Shown: positions 1-10,022, counted from the stretch's first letter. The stretch: 64,000 nucleotides of DNA from an uncultured Chlamydiae bacterium (GCA_963730605.1 CAVSSM010000001.1:576001-640000); one strand, 5' to 3'. Made by a program: numbers and translations. Notes: generated by a model from the sequence alone, not told the origin.

Positions 1-1
1 C

Positions 2-169
2 AAAAAGGGCCTCTCTGAAATGACGGGCCTAACGCCTTCCCAATTTGACGCTATAAGCCGTCTTGGCAAAGAACACGAGGCGATCTCGGAAGCCAAAGGT
101 AAACTCCAAGAAATCTTCAAGCAGAAGTCCCGTCCGAACCAACTCAAAAGCGGACGCCTCTCAGCATAA
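2..169 (+). CDS. 3' end of a hypothetical protein, probable paralog of 378..743
   Basis: Open frame from the window edge to TAA at 167-169. SEMTGLTPSQ...EAISEAKGKLQEI resembles AETTGLDMEQ...NALETAKAKLRQI of the next ORF. Confidence 0.6.
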   Translation, partial: KKGLSEMTGLTPSQFDAISRLGKEHEAISEAKGKLQEIFKQKSRPNQLKSGRLSA

Positions 170-310
170 TGCAATATACTGATTTACAATCAGTTACAGA
201 CTGTCCCATTATCCTTCATTTCTAAGGACTTACGTCTTAGCCGATTTGCCTCGATGGGACTAACTCACAAACCACTCAAATAAAGCGATTTACAAAACAT
301 TAACAATTCA

Positions 311-339
311 TTTACAAATAATTAAAATTTTGGTATAAT
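311..339 (+). promoter_or_regulatory. Sigma66/sigma70-type promoter
   Basis: TTTACA (311-316), a 17-bp spacer, then TATAAT (334-339), 38 bp upstream of the ATG at 378. Confidence 0.6.
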
Positions 340-377
340 TAGTTTAAATTAAAACAAATAACCGAGAGTATAATAAA

Positions 378-743
378 ATGAATAATAATAACTACCTCGA
401 AACCTTAAATCAGTTATTCTCAGATTCCGTCCCCTCCAAGGACAAGGTGCTTGGACTCATGGACGACACGATGACGTTTTTCCGCCGGATCAAGACGAAG
501 CTGGAATCGAGCGATCCGTCTGTGCAAAAGGAAGCGTTCGAAGAGACGATGGAAATGAAGCGGATCCTAGAGACCAAGATGCGGGCGATGGCCGAAACAA
601 CCGGGCTCGATATGGAACAACTCGCCGCATTAGCGGAAAATACGAATGACATGTCGCTCGAAGATCTGAACGCTCTCGAAACTGCCAAGGCGAAGCTCCG
701 ACAAATTCAAGAAGAAGAATTTACTACAAAAAATCATAAATAA
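378..743 (+). CDS. Hypothetical helical protein
   Basis: 121-aa ORF downstream of a promoter-like sequence; amphipathic helical pattern. Confidence 0.75.
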   Translation: MNNNNYLETLNQLFSDSVPSKDKVLGLMDDTMTFFRRIKTKLESSDPSVQKEAFEETMEMKRILETKMRAMAETTGLDMEQLAALAENTNDMSLEDLNALETAKAKLRQIQEEEFTTKNHK

Positions 744-758
744 TAAAAGGATAATAAT

Positions 759-1115
759 ATGATAAACTATGAACCACTCACAGATTTACAATGGCAGCTT
801 CTCGAGCCGCTTTTCCCGAACCCGGTCAAACGGACAAGGGGCAAACCGCACACGGCTTGGCGCTCGGTTGTGAATTCGATTTTCTACATTCTCTTTACGG
901 GATTGAAATGGGGATCGCTTCCGAAAGATCCTGCATACGCGACAAAATCGGCCGCCCACCGTTGGTTCGTACTTTGGGAAAAGAACGGATTTCTGAAGCA
1001 GATCGTCGAGACATATCAAAATATGACGAAGATGGGCTCTGACATCAAGCTTCCTCGCAGGCGCAACCGAATGCCCGCAGCAAAGCGCATCCTGGAAACC
1101 GTAGCCGTCGGCTAA
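759..1115 (+). CDS. Stand-alone IS5-family transposase N-terminal (DUF4096-like) domain protein
   Basis: LTDLQWQLLEPLFP..RGKP..RSVVNSIFYILFTGLKWGSLP..AHRWF..W..NG matches the IS5 orfA pattern. AAGGA RBS present. No DDE-domain ORF follows. Confidence 0.75.
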   Translation: MINYEPLTDLQWQLLEPLFPNPVKRTRGKPHTAWRSVVNSIFYILFTGLKWGSLPKDPAYATKSAAHRWFVLWEKNGFLKQIVETYQNMTKMGSDIKLPRRRNRMPAAKRILETVAVG

Positions 1116-1206
1116 ATCCATTCCAATACGGGGACGTATTCGCATCCCCTATCATCTATTCTTTTGTATTTTTTATCCTGTCCATCCTAACATATTGTCC
1201 CCATAA

Positions 1207-1379
1207 GAGGGTGTCTACAAAGTGAGGGAACGCCCGAGTTTTTGGATTATTTTGGCCGCTTTTCGATTTCAAAGCTTGGGTGGCTATATACTGCTGTCGA
1301 TATTGCTCCCAAGTCTTGAATCGAAAATCGGCTCAAAAGAACCGAAAAATCGACAGAACCTCACTTTACAGACACTCTC
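1207..1379. mobile_element. MITE family A, copy 1 (IS5/IS1031-like ends)
   Basis: Terminal inverted repeats (TIRs) GAGGGTGTCTACAAAGTGAGG / CCTCACTTTACAGACACTCTC, with TAA on both sides. Near-identical copies at 29086, 34672 and 53644. Confidence 0.9.
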
Positions 1380-1525
1380 TAACACAAGTGACTCGGCAAA
1401 AGGCAATTTGAAGTTCTTCTAGGGCCTCCCAGCGGCAAATCTACGCTGCTGCCGACTCTTCAAACACATCCGCTCTTCCCTTTTTTTCCTGTAAAAGGAA
1501 TAATGTGACAGAGGGCCTGTTCAAT

Positions 1526-1927
1526 ATGGTTCAGGGATTCTTGGAACAACTCTGCGCTGACTTGTCAATTACCCTGCTTCCAAAATTGAATGAAAAAAAA
1601 AATTATATATTTCGTTTCAGCCCAGGAACTGAAGTTATTTTCGCCGATCTCCACCCGGGCGTTGCGATGCGAGCGAACATTTCCCTTTGCCCCGCGGGGA
1701 GAAGGGAAGATCTGTTCATCTATCTGATGCGGGCGAACTTGCTCGGCCAGGGAACGGGTGGTGCGAGAATCGGTCTGGATGAGAAAGAAAGCAACTTGAC
1801 ACTCTTGCTTGGCTTACCCTATGAAATGAATTATCATGCATTCAAGGAAGCCTTCGAAGAATTCGTCAACCATCTCATATATTGGCGGGATGTTGTGGCA
1901 AAATTTGAAAAAAATGAACCGGTTTAG
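1526..1927 (+). CDS. scc4: CesT-family class I T3S chaperone (Scc4/CT663-like)
   Basis: LMRANLLGQGTGGARIGLDE motif; first gene of the cdsD cluster, as in Chlamydia. Confidence 0.85.
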   Translation: MVQGFLEQLCADLSITLLPKLNEKKNYIFRFSPGTEVIFADLHPGVAMRANISLCPAGRREDLFIYLMRANLLGQGTGGARIGLDEKESNLTLLLGLPYEMNYHAFKEAFEEFVNHLIYWRDVVAKFEKNEPV

Positions 1928-1930
1928 TGC

Positions 1931-2099
1931 TACTAACCCGCTACGCAAATAGGAGACAATTTATGCAGGTAAACGGAGATTGTTCAGATCAAGGCGCCCG
2001 ATGCAGGCAACCCCGCAGCGGGTTGTCGAAGCAGGGCAACGCAGAGATGGACAATCTACGTCCTGAAGAAATGTCTCATATTTGCATAGCGGATTAATA
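1931..2099. mobile_element. TA-bounded palindromic MITE between scc4 and cdsD
   Basis: Left end TACTAACCCGCTACGCAAATAGGAGACAATTT vs reverse complement of the right end TATTAATCCGCTATGCAAATATGAGACATTT; internal hairpins. Confidence 0.85.
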
Positions 2100-2103
2100 A
2101 TAC

Positions 2104-3933
2104 ATGCCAGCGCATCTGATCGCAGAAGAAGGTCCTCTCCGTGGACTTTTCTTAAATCTGGAAGAGGGAGTTGAGTGGATCTTAGGGCGAGACCCCGAAA
2201 AGGCCACATTCGTCATCGAAGACGAAACCGTCTCTCGGAGGGCCGCCCGTTTAAGCCGCAGCCCGGAAGGGATCCATCTTGAAAACCTAAGCCGCGTCAA
2301 TCCCACATTAGTGAATGACGAGCCAGTCGATGGCGTTGTCCTGCTCAAAGAAGGCGACCGGATCCAGGTAGGCCATACGATTTTTCTTTTTTCGGAAGCA
2401 AAAATCCCTGAAATGGGTCAGCCGCCGAAGGGGGGATACGACGATATTTTCGGCTCTCTGGAAGAAGAGGCGCCGCAAGTTGGGAGCGAAGCGCCCAAAA
2501 AGCGGGAAAAGAAGAAAAAGAGCGAGCCGGCCAACGCATACGACACGATTTTCGAGGATACCAACGAGGGAGTTGAGCCGCTGCCGTTCAACCTCCTCGC
2601 AGAGACACCTTTCCTATTGAAAGTGATCTCAGGCCCGAATGCGGGGGCCGAAATCGGAATGGAAAAAGGAAGGACGTACACCCTCGGCAAAGACCCTGAT
2701 TCCTGCGATATCGTCTTCCAAGATTTAAGCGTCTCGCGCAACCACGCGCGCCTGTCGTTGAGCGCGGACGGCGCGATGGAGATCGAAGATCTCGGCTCTA
2801 AAAATGGCACCGTCGTCAATGGAACGCCCATCACCGAAAAGAAACCCATCACGACGCAAGACATGGTCGCATTGGGGACGACGATCTTTTTGATCATCGA
2901 CCGGGAAGCTACCCAAGAGACCATTTATTCGCCGATGGTCCCCGCCTACGAGGCGCCGAAAGCAGAGGCGCGTTTGGCAGAGGTTCCCGCCGAGAGCCAG
3001 GCCGAAGAAAAGAAGGATTGGAAAAAAGTGCCGATCCCGACGAAGTATTTGATCGGCGCCGCTGCATTTGCCGCGATCTTCCTCATCGTTTTCTTGAGTT
3101 TCTTTTCCCTTTTCAAATCCAATCAGGTCGAAGTCGTCCGCAAGGAACCCGTCTCGCGGATCCAAAAGGCGCTTGCTAAATTCGAAGGGATTCAATTCTC
3201 TTTCAATCCGGCCAGCGGAAAACTCTTCCTTATAGGGCATGTGCTGACATCTGTCGAGGCGCAAGAGATGCGATTCCGGATTAGCGAGATCGATTTCGTG
3301 AGGGCATTGGAAGACAATGTCGTCATCGATGAATATGTAGACAAGATGATGAACGACATCTTAAGCGGAAACCCAGAATTTCGGGGCGTCGCCATCCAGT
3401 CTCCCAAAGCGGGGAAATTCATCGCCACCGGCTATATCGATACCAATAACACCGCATCGCTGCTTGGCGAATATCTCTCCGTCAATTTCCCTTATCTCGA
3501 CCGGCTGGAAAACGAGGTCGTCGTCGGGGAAAACCTGAATGCTCAGATCCAGGGGCTTCTTCTGTCGAAAGGATTCGGCGCGCTCTCCTTCCAATATGCG
3601 AACGGCGAGGTAGTGCTGGCCGGAAGTTATAGCGACAAAATGGGCAGCCAGTTCCAAGAGCTCCTCAAAGAGATCGATAGAGTGAAAGGAGTGAGCGGAG
3701 TCAAGAATTTCGCAGTCGAGACAAACCCAAACCAGGCTGCGATCGATATCTCAGGACAATTTCAAGTAACGGGAAACTCTCAGCATGAAGGGAAAGGGTT
3801 CAGCGCTATCCTCAATGGAAAAATTTATACGATTGGCAACCAGGTGAGCGGAATGGAGATTACTGAAATCGACGAGACGACGATTCTACTTGAAAAAGAA
3901 GGAATAAAATATAAAATCAACTACACCCGGTGA
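2104..3933 (+). CDS. cdsD: T3SS inner-membrane ring protein SctD/CdsD with two FHA domains
   Basis: Two FHA motifs (LGRDP..VSRR..NPTLVN and LGKDP..VSRNH..SKNGT), a central TM helix and BON-like periplasmic domains; synteny. Confidence 0.93.
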   Translation: MPAHLIAEEGPLRGLFLNLEEGVEWILGRDPEKATFVIEDETVSRRAARLSRSPEGIHLENLSRVNPTLVNDEPVDGVVLLKEGDRIQVGHTIFLFSEAKIPEMGQPPKGGYDDIFGSLEEEAPQVGSEAPKKREKKKKSEPANAYDTIFEDTNEGVEPLPFNLLAETPFLLKVISGPNAGAEIGMEKGRTYTLGKDPDSCDIVFQDLSVSRNHARLSLSADGAMEIEDLGSKNGTVVNGTPITEKKPITTQDMVALGTTIFLIIDREATQETIYSPMVPAYEAPKAEARLAEVPAESQAEEKKDWKKVPIPTKYLIGAAAFAAIFLIVFLSFFSLFKSNQVEVVRKEPVSRIQKALAKFEGIQFSFNPASGKLFLIGHVLTSVEAQEMRFRISEIDFVRALEDNVVIDEYVDKMMNDILSGNPEFRGVAIQSPKAGKFIATGYIDTNNTASLLGEYLSVNFPYLDRLENEVVVGENLNAQIQGLLLSKGFGALSFQYANGEVVLAGSYSDKMGSQFQELLKEIDRVKGVSGVKNFAVETNPNQAAIDISGQFQVTGNSQHEGKGFSAILNGKIYTIGNQVSGMEITEIDETTILLEKEGIKYKINYTR

Positions 3934-3946
3934 AAAGGAGAAGTGT

Positions 3947-4180
3947 ATGTACGGATTAGAAGAGAAGGAAAGACGGGAGAAATTCGCTTTTGATCTCGAA
4001 AGGAGAATCAAAGATGAACCGCAGCATTTGAAAGAGCTTCTCGCAAAAGCGGAAAAACGGATGGCGGAAATCAAAAAGCTGCTCAGAGAAGGAGCAAACG
4101 AAAAAGATTTCGACCGGCTCGGCATCCTCCTTCACGGTTATGCCGCATTGCAAAAAGTTTTAAAAAAAGCCGGAAAATAA
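3947..4180 (+). CDS. cdsE: T3SS needle chaperone CdsE
   Basis: FAFDLE..IK and LLHGYAALQKVL motifs; position between cdsD and cdsF. Confidence 0.85.
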   Translation: MYGLEEKERREKFAFDLERRIKDEPQHLKELLAKAEKRMAEIKKLLREGANEKDFDRLGILLHGYAALQKVLKKAGK

Positions 4181-4198
4181 CAAGAGGACAATCCAAAA

Positions 4199-4441
4199 AT
4201 GAAAGCAGGCGTAACTCTATCATTTACTACTCTAATTAAAAACTATCAGAAGTTGCAGTCGCAGCTCATGAGCCAGGTCAAGGGTCTTGCCAGTAAAATC
4301 AGCCAAGCAACGCCAGGTTCTTTCATTCTTCTGCAATTTCAAATGAGCCAGATCACTCAAATCGGCGAATCGATCTCCAACTTGATCGCGCAGGTCAATT
4401 CGGTCATCAACCACGCTGTCGGCAACCAAGGTAAGCAATAA
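4199..4441 (+). CDS. cdsF: T3SS needle subunit SctF/CdsF
   Basis: 80-aa helical hairpin with C-terminal LLQFQMSQITQIGESISNLI; synteny. Confidence 0.8.
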   Translation: MKAGVTLSFTTLIKNYQKLQSQLMSQVKGLASKISQATPGSFILLQFQMSQITQIGESISNLIAQVNSVINHAVGNQGKQ

Positions 4442-4451
4442 GGGATAAACC

Positions 4452-4886
4452 ATGACAAATCCAAATCTATGGAAACAGTTCAAAGAGGATTGGCTTCTCT
4501 TCACGGAATCCGGCTTCATCGCCGTAAACCAAGCGGACGAAGATGCCGCCTTGAAGCTTTTCAAGGCCGGCGAACTGCTCAATCCCGACAATACTTTGCC
4601 TCGCATAGGAATAGGCTATCTCCATTTGCACAAGTTGGAATTGAAGCAGGCCGTGAAAGCATTCGAACAAGTTCTCGACAAAGAGCCGCATAATGATATG
4701 GCGAAAACCTTTCTCGGCCTTTGCATGGGGATGATGCCGAATATGGCGGACAAAGGCGAAAAAATTTTGGAGCAAACGACAAAATCGAAAGATCCCGAAA
4801 TTCGGCAGCTTTCCGAAACGGCCATCGATTTCGTCGAAAAATTCATCAAAAAGTCTCCAGGACCCGCAGGAAAAGGCAAAACGTGA
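4452..4886 (+). CDS. cdsG: TPR needle chaperone CdsG
   Basis: ESGFIAVNQADEDAALKLF motif and TPR-like helices; synteny. Confidence 0.85.
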   Translation: MTNPNLWKQFKEDWLLFTESGFIAVNQADEDAALKLFKAGELLNPDNTLPRIGIGYLHLHKLELKQAVKAFEQVLDKEPHNDMAKTFLGLCMGMMPNMADKGEKILEQTTKSKDPEIRQLSETAIDFVEKFIKKSPGPAGKGKT

Positions 4887-5530
4887 CCATTCCCGAAACT
4901 CCTCCTCCAGACAAGAGCCCTGACAGGATCACCCCTTCCAAGGCATTGGAACCGGATCAGGCGATTCGCCAGCCCGCCGGTCAAGGTTTCCAATCCTACA
5001 TGGAAAAAGGAGCAGCTCCTCCTCAAGCCGCAGCTCCAGGGGGACCGACTCCCATGGAAGCCGCCCGTCCCCTGATGGGGCAAACAGGAACGCCGACGAC
5101 CACCACCCTTCTTACCCAGGCGAGGAATGCCCAGGACGCCTTGGGCACTGTCGAAAAGCAGCTCCAAACTCCGAACATGCAGTTGAAGCGATCTCAAGCG
5201 CACCTGATCAGGAATAAACTGACCGATGCAAGAGAGTACAGCCGTTCCGCGGCAGCCAAACTAGGAATCGAGACGCCGCCGATGAAGCAGCCCGAAGGGC
5301 CGGGCATCATCGCCCGCTTCCTCGCCTATGTGAACGACGGCCAGGATCAATTTGGCGCCATTCAAACCAAACTTCAACAAATGTCCGAGTCAGGGGAGCA
5401 GATCAATGCGGGAGACATGCTGATCCTCCAGAGCAAAATGGCTTTGGCGCAGCAAGAAATCGAGTATTCGTCGACACTTTTGAGCCGCGTCACAAGTTCT
5501 ATCACAACAATCATGGGCATCCAGCTATGA
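4883..5530 (+). CDS. T3SS-associated protein (CT668-like)
   Basis: GTG start overlaps the cdsG stop (GTGA). C-terminal QSKMALAQQEIEYSSTLL; synteny. Confidence 0.75.
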   Translation: MTIPETPPPDKSPDRITPSKALEPDQAIRQPAGQGFQSYMEKGAAPPQAAAPGGPTPMEAARPLMGQTGTPTTTTLLTQARNAQDALGTVEKQLQTPNMQLKRSQAHLIRNKLTDAREYSRSAAAKLGIETPPMKQPEGPGIIARFLAYVNDGQDQFGAIQTKLQQMSESGEQINAGDMLILQSKMALAQQEIEYSSTLLSRVTSSITTIMGIQL

Positions 5531-5553
5531 GCCTATCCCACTATAGATAAATA

Positions 5554-6868
5554 ATGGATTTGCCTCCTTCATTCGATAAATTGATCAGCCATCTCGAAGA
5601 TGTCGAACTGACGACCGTGCATGGGCGGATCACCGAGGTGGTCGGCATGCTCATCCGCGCGATCATCCCGCAAGTCAAAATGGGCGAGGTGTGCCTGATC
5701 AAAAGAGCGGGAGAGCCGCTCGCCGCCGAAGTCGTCGGCTTCACGAAAGACGAAGTGATCCTTTCGCCTCTTGGCAACATGTTAGGGATCGGCCCTTCTT
5801 CTGAAGTGATCCCGATGCGGATGCCCATGCACATCAAAGTAGGCCCCAAGCTTTTGGGAAGGGTGTTGAACGGCCTTGGCCAACCGCTCGATGTCGATAC
5901 GTTGGGCCCGCTCGAGTTAACCGAAAGTTTCCCCGTTACTGGCTCTCCTCCAGACCCGCTGAAGCGGACCCTGATTACACAACCGATTCCGGTCGGCGTC
6001 CGGTGCATCGACGCGTCCTGACCTGCGGCAAAGGTCAAAGGGTCGGCATTTTTAGCGCGGCGGGAGTCGGCAAATCAACCCTCCTCGGCATGATCGCAAG
6101 AAACGCTGTGGCTGACGTCAACGTCATTTCGCTGATTGGCGAAAGGGGGCGCGAGGTACGCGAATTTTTGCAAAACGACTTAGGCGTCGAAGGGATGAAG
6201 CGGTCTGTCGTCGTCGTCTCAACCTCCGACCAGGCGGCGCAGATGCGGATCAATGCGGCCTATGTAGGCACCGCGATCGCCGAATATTTCCGCGACCAAG
6301 GGAAATCTGTTATTCTCATGATGGATTCGGTCACCCGTTTTGCCCGCGCGCTCCGGGAAATTGGTCTTGCCGCGGGAGAACCTCCGGCCAGAGCCGGCTA
6401 TACTCCCTCGGTCTTTGCGATTTTCCGCGCCTTCTTGAGCGGTCGGGAAATTCCGAAAAAGGCTCGATCACCGCCTTTTACACGGTTCTAGTCGCAGGCG
6501 ATGATATGAACGAGCCGGTGGCCGATGAGGTCCGCTCCATTCTGGACGGACACATCATCCTTTCTTCCGAGCTGGCTCGGCAGCATCATTATCCCGCCAT
6601 CGACGTCCTCGCCTCCGTCAGCCGCATTTTATCCCACATCGTCGACAAGCCTCATCTCGACGCGATAGGAAAAGTCAGGGAAGTCCTCGCCAATTATAAA
6701 AAGAATGAGCTTTTGATCCGCATCGGGGAATATAAGCCGGGGTCGGACAAAAACGCCGATTTCGCCCTCAAATACGTCGATAAAGTCAACCGGTTTTTGA
6801 AACAGCAGGTCGATGACAAGGCTCCCATGGAAGATACGATCCGGGCCCTAAAATCTCTATTCGTCTAG
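5554..6868 (+). CDS. cdsN: T3SS ATPase SctN/CdsN, split by two apparent single-base deletions (~6014, ~6423)
   Basis: Walker [25 protein letters not shown] and [11 protein letters not shown] lie in three consecutive frames. Confidence 0.92.
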
Positions 6869-6878
6869 AGTATGTCAT

Positions 6879-7421
6879 ATGTCCAAACAGCCGAACTACC
6901 CGCTCGAGCAGATGATCACGATCAAGAAAAATCGGTTCGACGCTGCAATCAAAACCCTTGAAGAGAAAAAAGCCGTCCTGGGAAAAGCCTATGAAAAGCT
7001 CCATGACCTGACTCAAGAAAAAGATGAGGTCCTGCAACATAAGCAGGCAAAACTCGATCAATTGAGACACGAACTGGATACCGGGACGACAACCGACGTG
7101 ATTCAGCGCAGCAAGATCTATCTGAAAATCGTCGATGAAAAACTCGCCGAAAAAGTAAAAAAAGTCGCCGAGCAGCAAAAAGTGGTCGACGCGGCCCAAA
7201 AACAAGTAGACATTGCGACCGATGACCTATTCCAAAAGAAAAAAGACTTGGAAAAGCTCGAGCTCCACAAAAAGGAATGGGAAAAAGAAATGGGCTACTG
7301 GGTTGCCCAGAAAGAAGGAGTGGAGCAAGACGAGCAGGGCTCCGCGACCCATTTTTTGCGTAAAAAAGAGGTCGAGACTCGAAAAAAGGATCGAGAAAAA
7401 AAGGAAAATGAACCAAACTAG
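6879..7421 (+). CDS. cdsO: T3SS stalk protein SctO/CdsO
   Basis: YPLEQ..IKK.R start and a long coiled coil; directly follows the ATPase. Confidence 0.85.
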   Translation: MSKQPNYPLEQMITIKKNRFDAAIKTLEEKKAVLGKAYEKLHDLTQEKDEVLQHKQAKLDQLRHELDTGTTTDVIQRSKIYLKIVDEKLAEKVKKVAEQQKVVDAAQKQVDIATDDLFQKKKDLEKLELHKKEWEKEMGYWVAQKEGVEQDEQGSATHFLRKKEVETRKKDREKKENEPN

Positions 7422-7436
7422 GAGGAGAGGTTCTCT

Positions 7437-8921
7437 ATGTCCACACCCCGCATCCCACCAACTCCTCCCAATAAGGGCGGCGAACTCGATAAAACGGCCC
7501 CTTCTACCGAGCATAGGAAAGTTGAAAAAGTCGAAAAAATCTCGAAGGTCTCCGAGGTCGACGACGAGTCTCGCGCAAAGCAATTTAGGCAGTTCGTCGA
7601 GTCGGTCAGCCAAGAAGAGGAGTCGGAACTTCCCACGCCCTTCTCCCTGATCACGAAAGGCCGAGTCTCTTTAGTCTCTTCGGAGAGTGTCCTTCCCCCA
7701 TCTCAAGACCCCGCTTTGTTGGACGCGGACGAAAACGCCCTCCCAAGCCCCGGTTCCTTTCCAACTCCCTCGAATTATCTCGGAGGCACGGCACCCCAAG
7801 ACGAAAGCGAGGAAGCCCCTCCGCTTCCTCGGTCGCAGCAATTTTGGGAAAACGTTGAAGAGCCGCCCCCTTCCCAGCCGCCGATGCAGCCTCGCATGGA
7901 AGAAAATCCCCGCTCTGCCTCCCGAGTTTTCTTAAAACCTGAAGAGATGGGACGAAAAGAAAAAATGCCCTCAATGGGCGGCGTTGGCGAGGCTCTGGAG
8001 GGAAAAACTCCGGGGAAAGGGAAAAAGGGCGCTCTTACAGAACCGGCAAAAAAGACACCTTCCCCTTTTGGGCCTCCAGGCAAACCGACGATTGAGGGGC
8101 CAGTCCCGAGAGAAAAAGGCGCCGAAAAGGGCTGGGGATTGATGGTGCCGAAAAAGGGGGAAGAGCAGCCTCTTAAGAGACCCGCAGGGCCGGAAGGGGT
8201 GATTGCGCCCAAAGATGCTGAGGGGGTCAAATATATTGGCCCTCTCGCGGCCGCCGGCGAAGAAAGAATCGGCGGCCAACTTGGTCCTGCCTTAAAGGAA
8301 GAAAGGCCAAAATTGGCCAAAAAAGAAGCCGAAGCGCGCAAGTTGCAAATGGGTGAAAAAAAAGAGGCGCCGCCGCCAATCCAGGAGCCAGAAACAGAAT
8401 GGGGAGGCAAAAAAAGAGGGCAAAAAGAAAAAGAGGAGCCGATGCAGATCGAATCTCCGACAATGACTCCTTTGCCAGACTTCTACTTTCCCATGGCCAA
8501 TGCGGCGGCGGCCGCGGCCAGACCCTATCTCGGACCCGAGGCGCTCTCGATCTATTTTCACATGGTCGGGACCATCACTGCCATGGTCTCCCCTAAAGGC
8601 GATAGCCGCACGGAGTTCGTTTTAAACGCTCCCTCTTTCGCAGATTCCAAATTCTATGGAGCCACGATCTCGATCGAAAGGTTCGCTACGGCTCCCTATC
8701 AGCTGAATATCCTGCTTACAGGATCGAATGAAGCCGTCAATGCATTCAACCAAAATATCCCAAACTTGTACGCGGCCTTCCAAAATGGAAATTTTTCCTT
8801 CACGATCAACCGGATCGAGGTTTCTTACGCAAAGCCGCTCTTCCGGCGGAAAGAATCGGTCGGAGAAAAAGAGGAAAGGGAAAAGGGATTTGGCGGCGAG
8901 ATGGGCGATAGGAAAAAATAA
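7437..8921 (+). CDS. cdsP: CT671-like protein, putative needle-length ruler SctP/CdsP
   Basis: Long Pro/Glu/Lys-rich disordered N-terminus and a compact C-terminal domain; lies between cdsO and cdsQ. Confidence 0.65.
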   Translation: MSTPRIPPTPPNKGGELDKTAPSTEHRKVEKVEKISKVSEVDDESRAKQFRQFVESVSQEEESELPTPFSLITKGRVSLVSSESVLPPSQDPALLDADENALPSPGSFPTPSNYLGGTAPQDESEEAPPLPRSQQFWENVEEPPPSQPPMQPRMEENPRSASRVFLKPEEMGRKEKMPSMGGVGEALEGKTPGKGKKGALTEPAKKTPSPFGPPGKPTIEGPVPREKGAEKGWGLMVPKKGEEQPLKRPAGPEGVIAPKDAEGVKYIGPLAAAGEERIGGQLGPALKEERPKLAKKEAEARKLQMGEKKEAPPPIQEPETEWGGKKRGQKEKEEPMQIESPTMTPLPDFYFPMANAAAAAARPYLGPEALSIYFHMVGTITAMVSPKGDSRTEFVLNAPSFADSKFYGATISIERFATAPYQLNILLTGSNEAVNAFNQNIPNLYAAFQNGNFSFTINRIEVSYAKPLFRRKESVGEKEEREKGFGGEMGDRKK

Positions 8922-10022
8922 ATGAAGGACGCCCTATCCGCCATTTTACGCAAACTCCCCGGCATGATCGAAGGAGCGGATGAGATCCCCCTTTTCGGCA
9001 AGGCTCCCCCTTTCGACTGGGATCGCCTCTCTGCACTACTCTCCGCCCGGTTCGAAATGAAAGACTTTTCAGTCCGGCCCTCCGAACAGGTTTGGGTAAA
9101 GGGCGAAGATCTCTACGATGGGCTCGGCGCGAATTATTTCTGCACCCCGATTTTTTTAAACCCTCTCGAACCGCCTTTTTATTTCGTCATTCCGAAAGCC
9201 GATAAGAACAAGCTCGCCGCTTCGATGATGCAAGGGAAGGCGAAAACGCAAATTTCCGAGCCTCTGAAAGAAGGATTCTGCCGTTTTCTTATCCTCGAGG
9301 CCCTATCGGCATCGAGCGCCCTCGAACCGATCGCAAAGTTCTCCCCAACGTTAGGCGAAAAGTCCAAAATCCCGGAGGAAAACGCTTTCTGCATCGATGT
9401 GGAAATCTCATTTGGCGAACAATCTTGCTGGTCAAGGCTCATTTTTCCCGAAACGTTTCGAAAAGCCTGGGTTGCCCATTTCGCCATGAACCCATCCGAA
9501 TACGTCACGAGCGATTTGGCCAAAACCGCGGAACTTGTCTTAGGCCTGGAATGCGGGTCCGTCGTTCTTTCCCAAAAGGAATGGGACGATCTCGAACCGG
9601 AAGATTTTGTCGCTTTAGACAAAGGGAACTACGATGCTCGGGAAAATACTGCGATCGCGCTCATGAAAATCGGGACGATTCCCCTATTTCAAGCGAAGAT
9701 CGGGAAAGACAAAATGGAACTGCTCGATTACGCATTCACCCATGAGGAACCTATGGAGCAAAATAACGAAGCCGGCCCTCTCTTGCCAGCGGAAGAAGAA
9801 AGCGTCTCGATCAAGGATCTCCCTTTGAACGTATGCGTCGAACTCGCTCGTTTGAAGATCACGCTGGACCGCTTGATGCATTTGAATCCGGGGAACATGA
9901 TCGAGCTGCCTATCCAACTGGATCAAGGAGTTACTTTGACGGTGAATGGAAAAAAAATAGGGCGCGCCGAGCTCCTCTACTTAGGAGAAGCCCTCGGCAT
10001 CCGGATCCTCGAGCTCGGTTGA
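8922..10022 (+). CDS. cdsQ: T3SS C-ring protein SctQ/CdsQ
   Basis: C-terminal SpoA/FliN domain (LPLNVCVELARL..VNGKKIGRAEL..LGIRILEL). Confidence 0.9.
   Translation: MKDALSAILRKLPGMIEGADEIPLFGKAPPFDWDRLSALLSARFEMKDFSVRPSEQVWVKGEDLYDGLGANYFCTPIFLNPLEPPFYFVIPKADKNKLAASMMQGKAKTQISEPLKEGFCRFLILEALSASSALEPIAKFSPTLGEKSKIPEENAFCIDVEISFGEQSCWSRLIFPETFRKAWVAHFAMNPSEYVTSDLAKTAELVLGLECGSVVLSQKEWDDLEPEDFVALDKGNYDARENTAIALMKIGTIPLFQAKIGKDKMELLDYAFTHEEPMEQNNEAGPLLPAEEESVSIKDLPLNVCVELARLKITLDRLMHLNPGNMIELPIQLDQGVTLTVNGKKIGRAELLYLGEALGIRILELG

Noticed and set aside
170..300. Three spaced IHF-like motifs upstream of the promoter at 311
   Set aside because: The matches to WATCAANNNNTTR are degenerate and expected by chance in AT-rich DNA.
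1222..1422. Short ORFs in MITEs (also 29047, 29121, 34539-35040, 53571, 61576) as genes
   Set aside because: They are translations of repeated non-autonomous elements and lack independent support.
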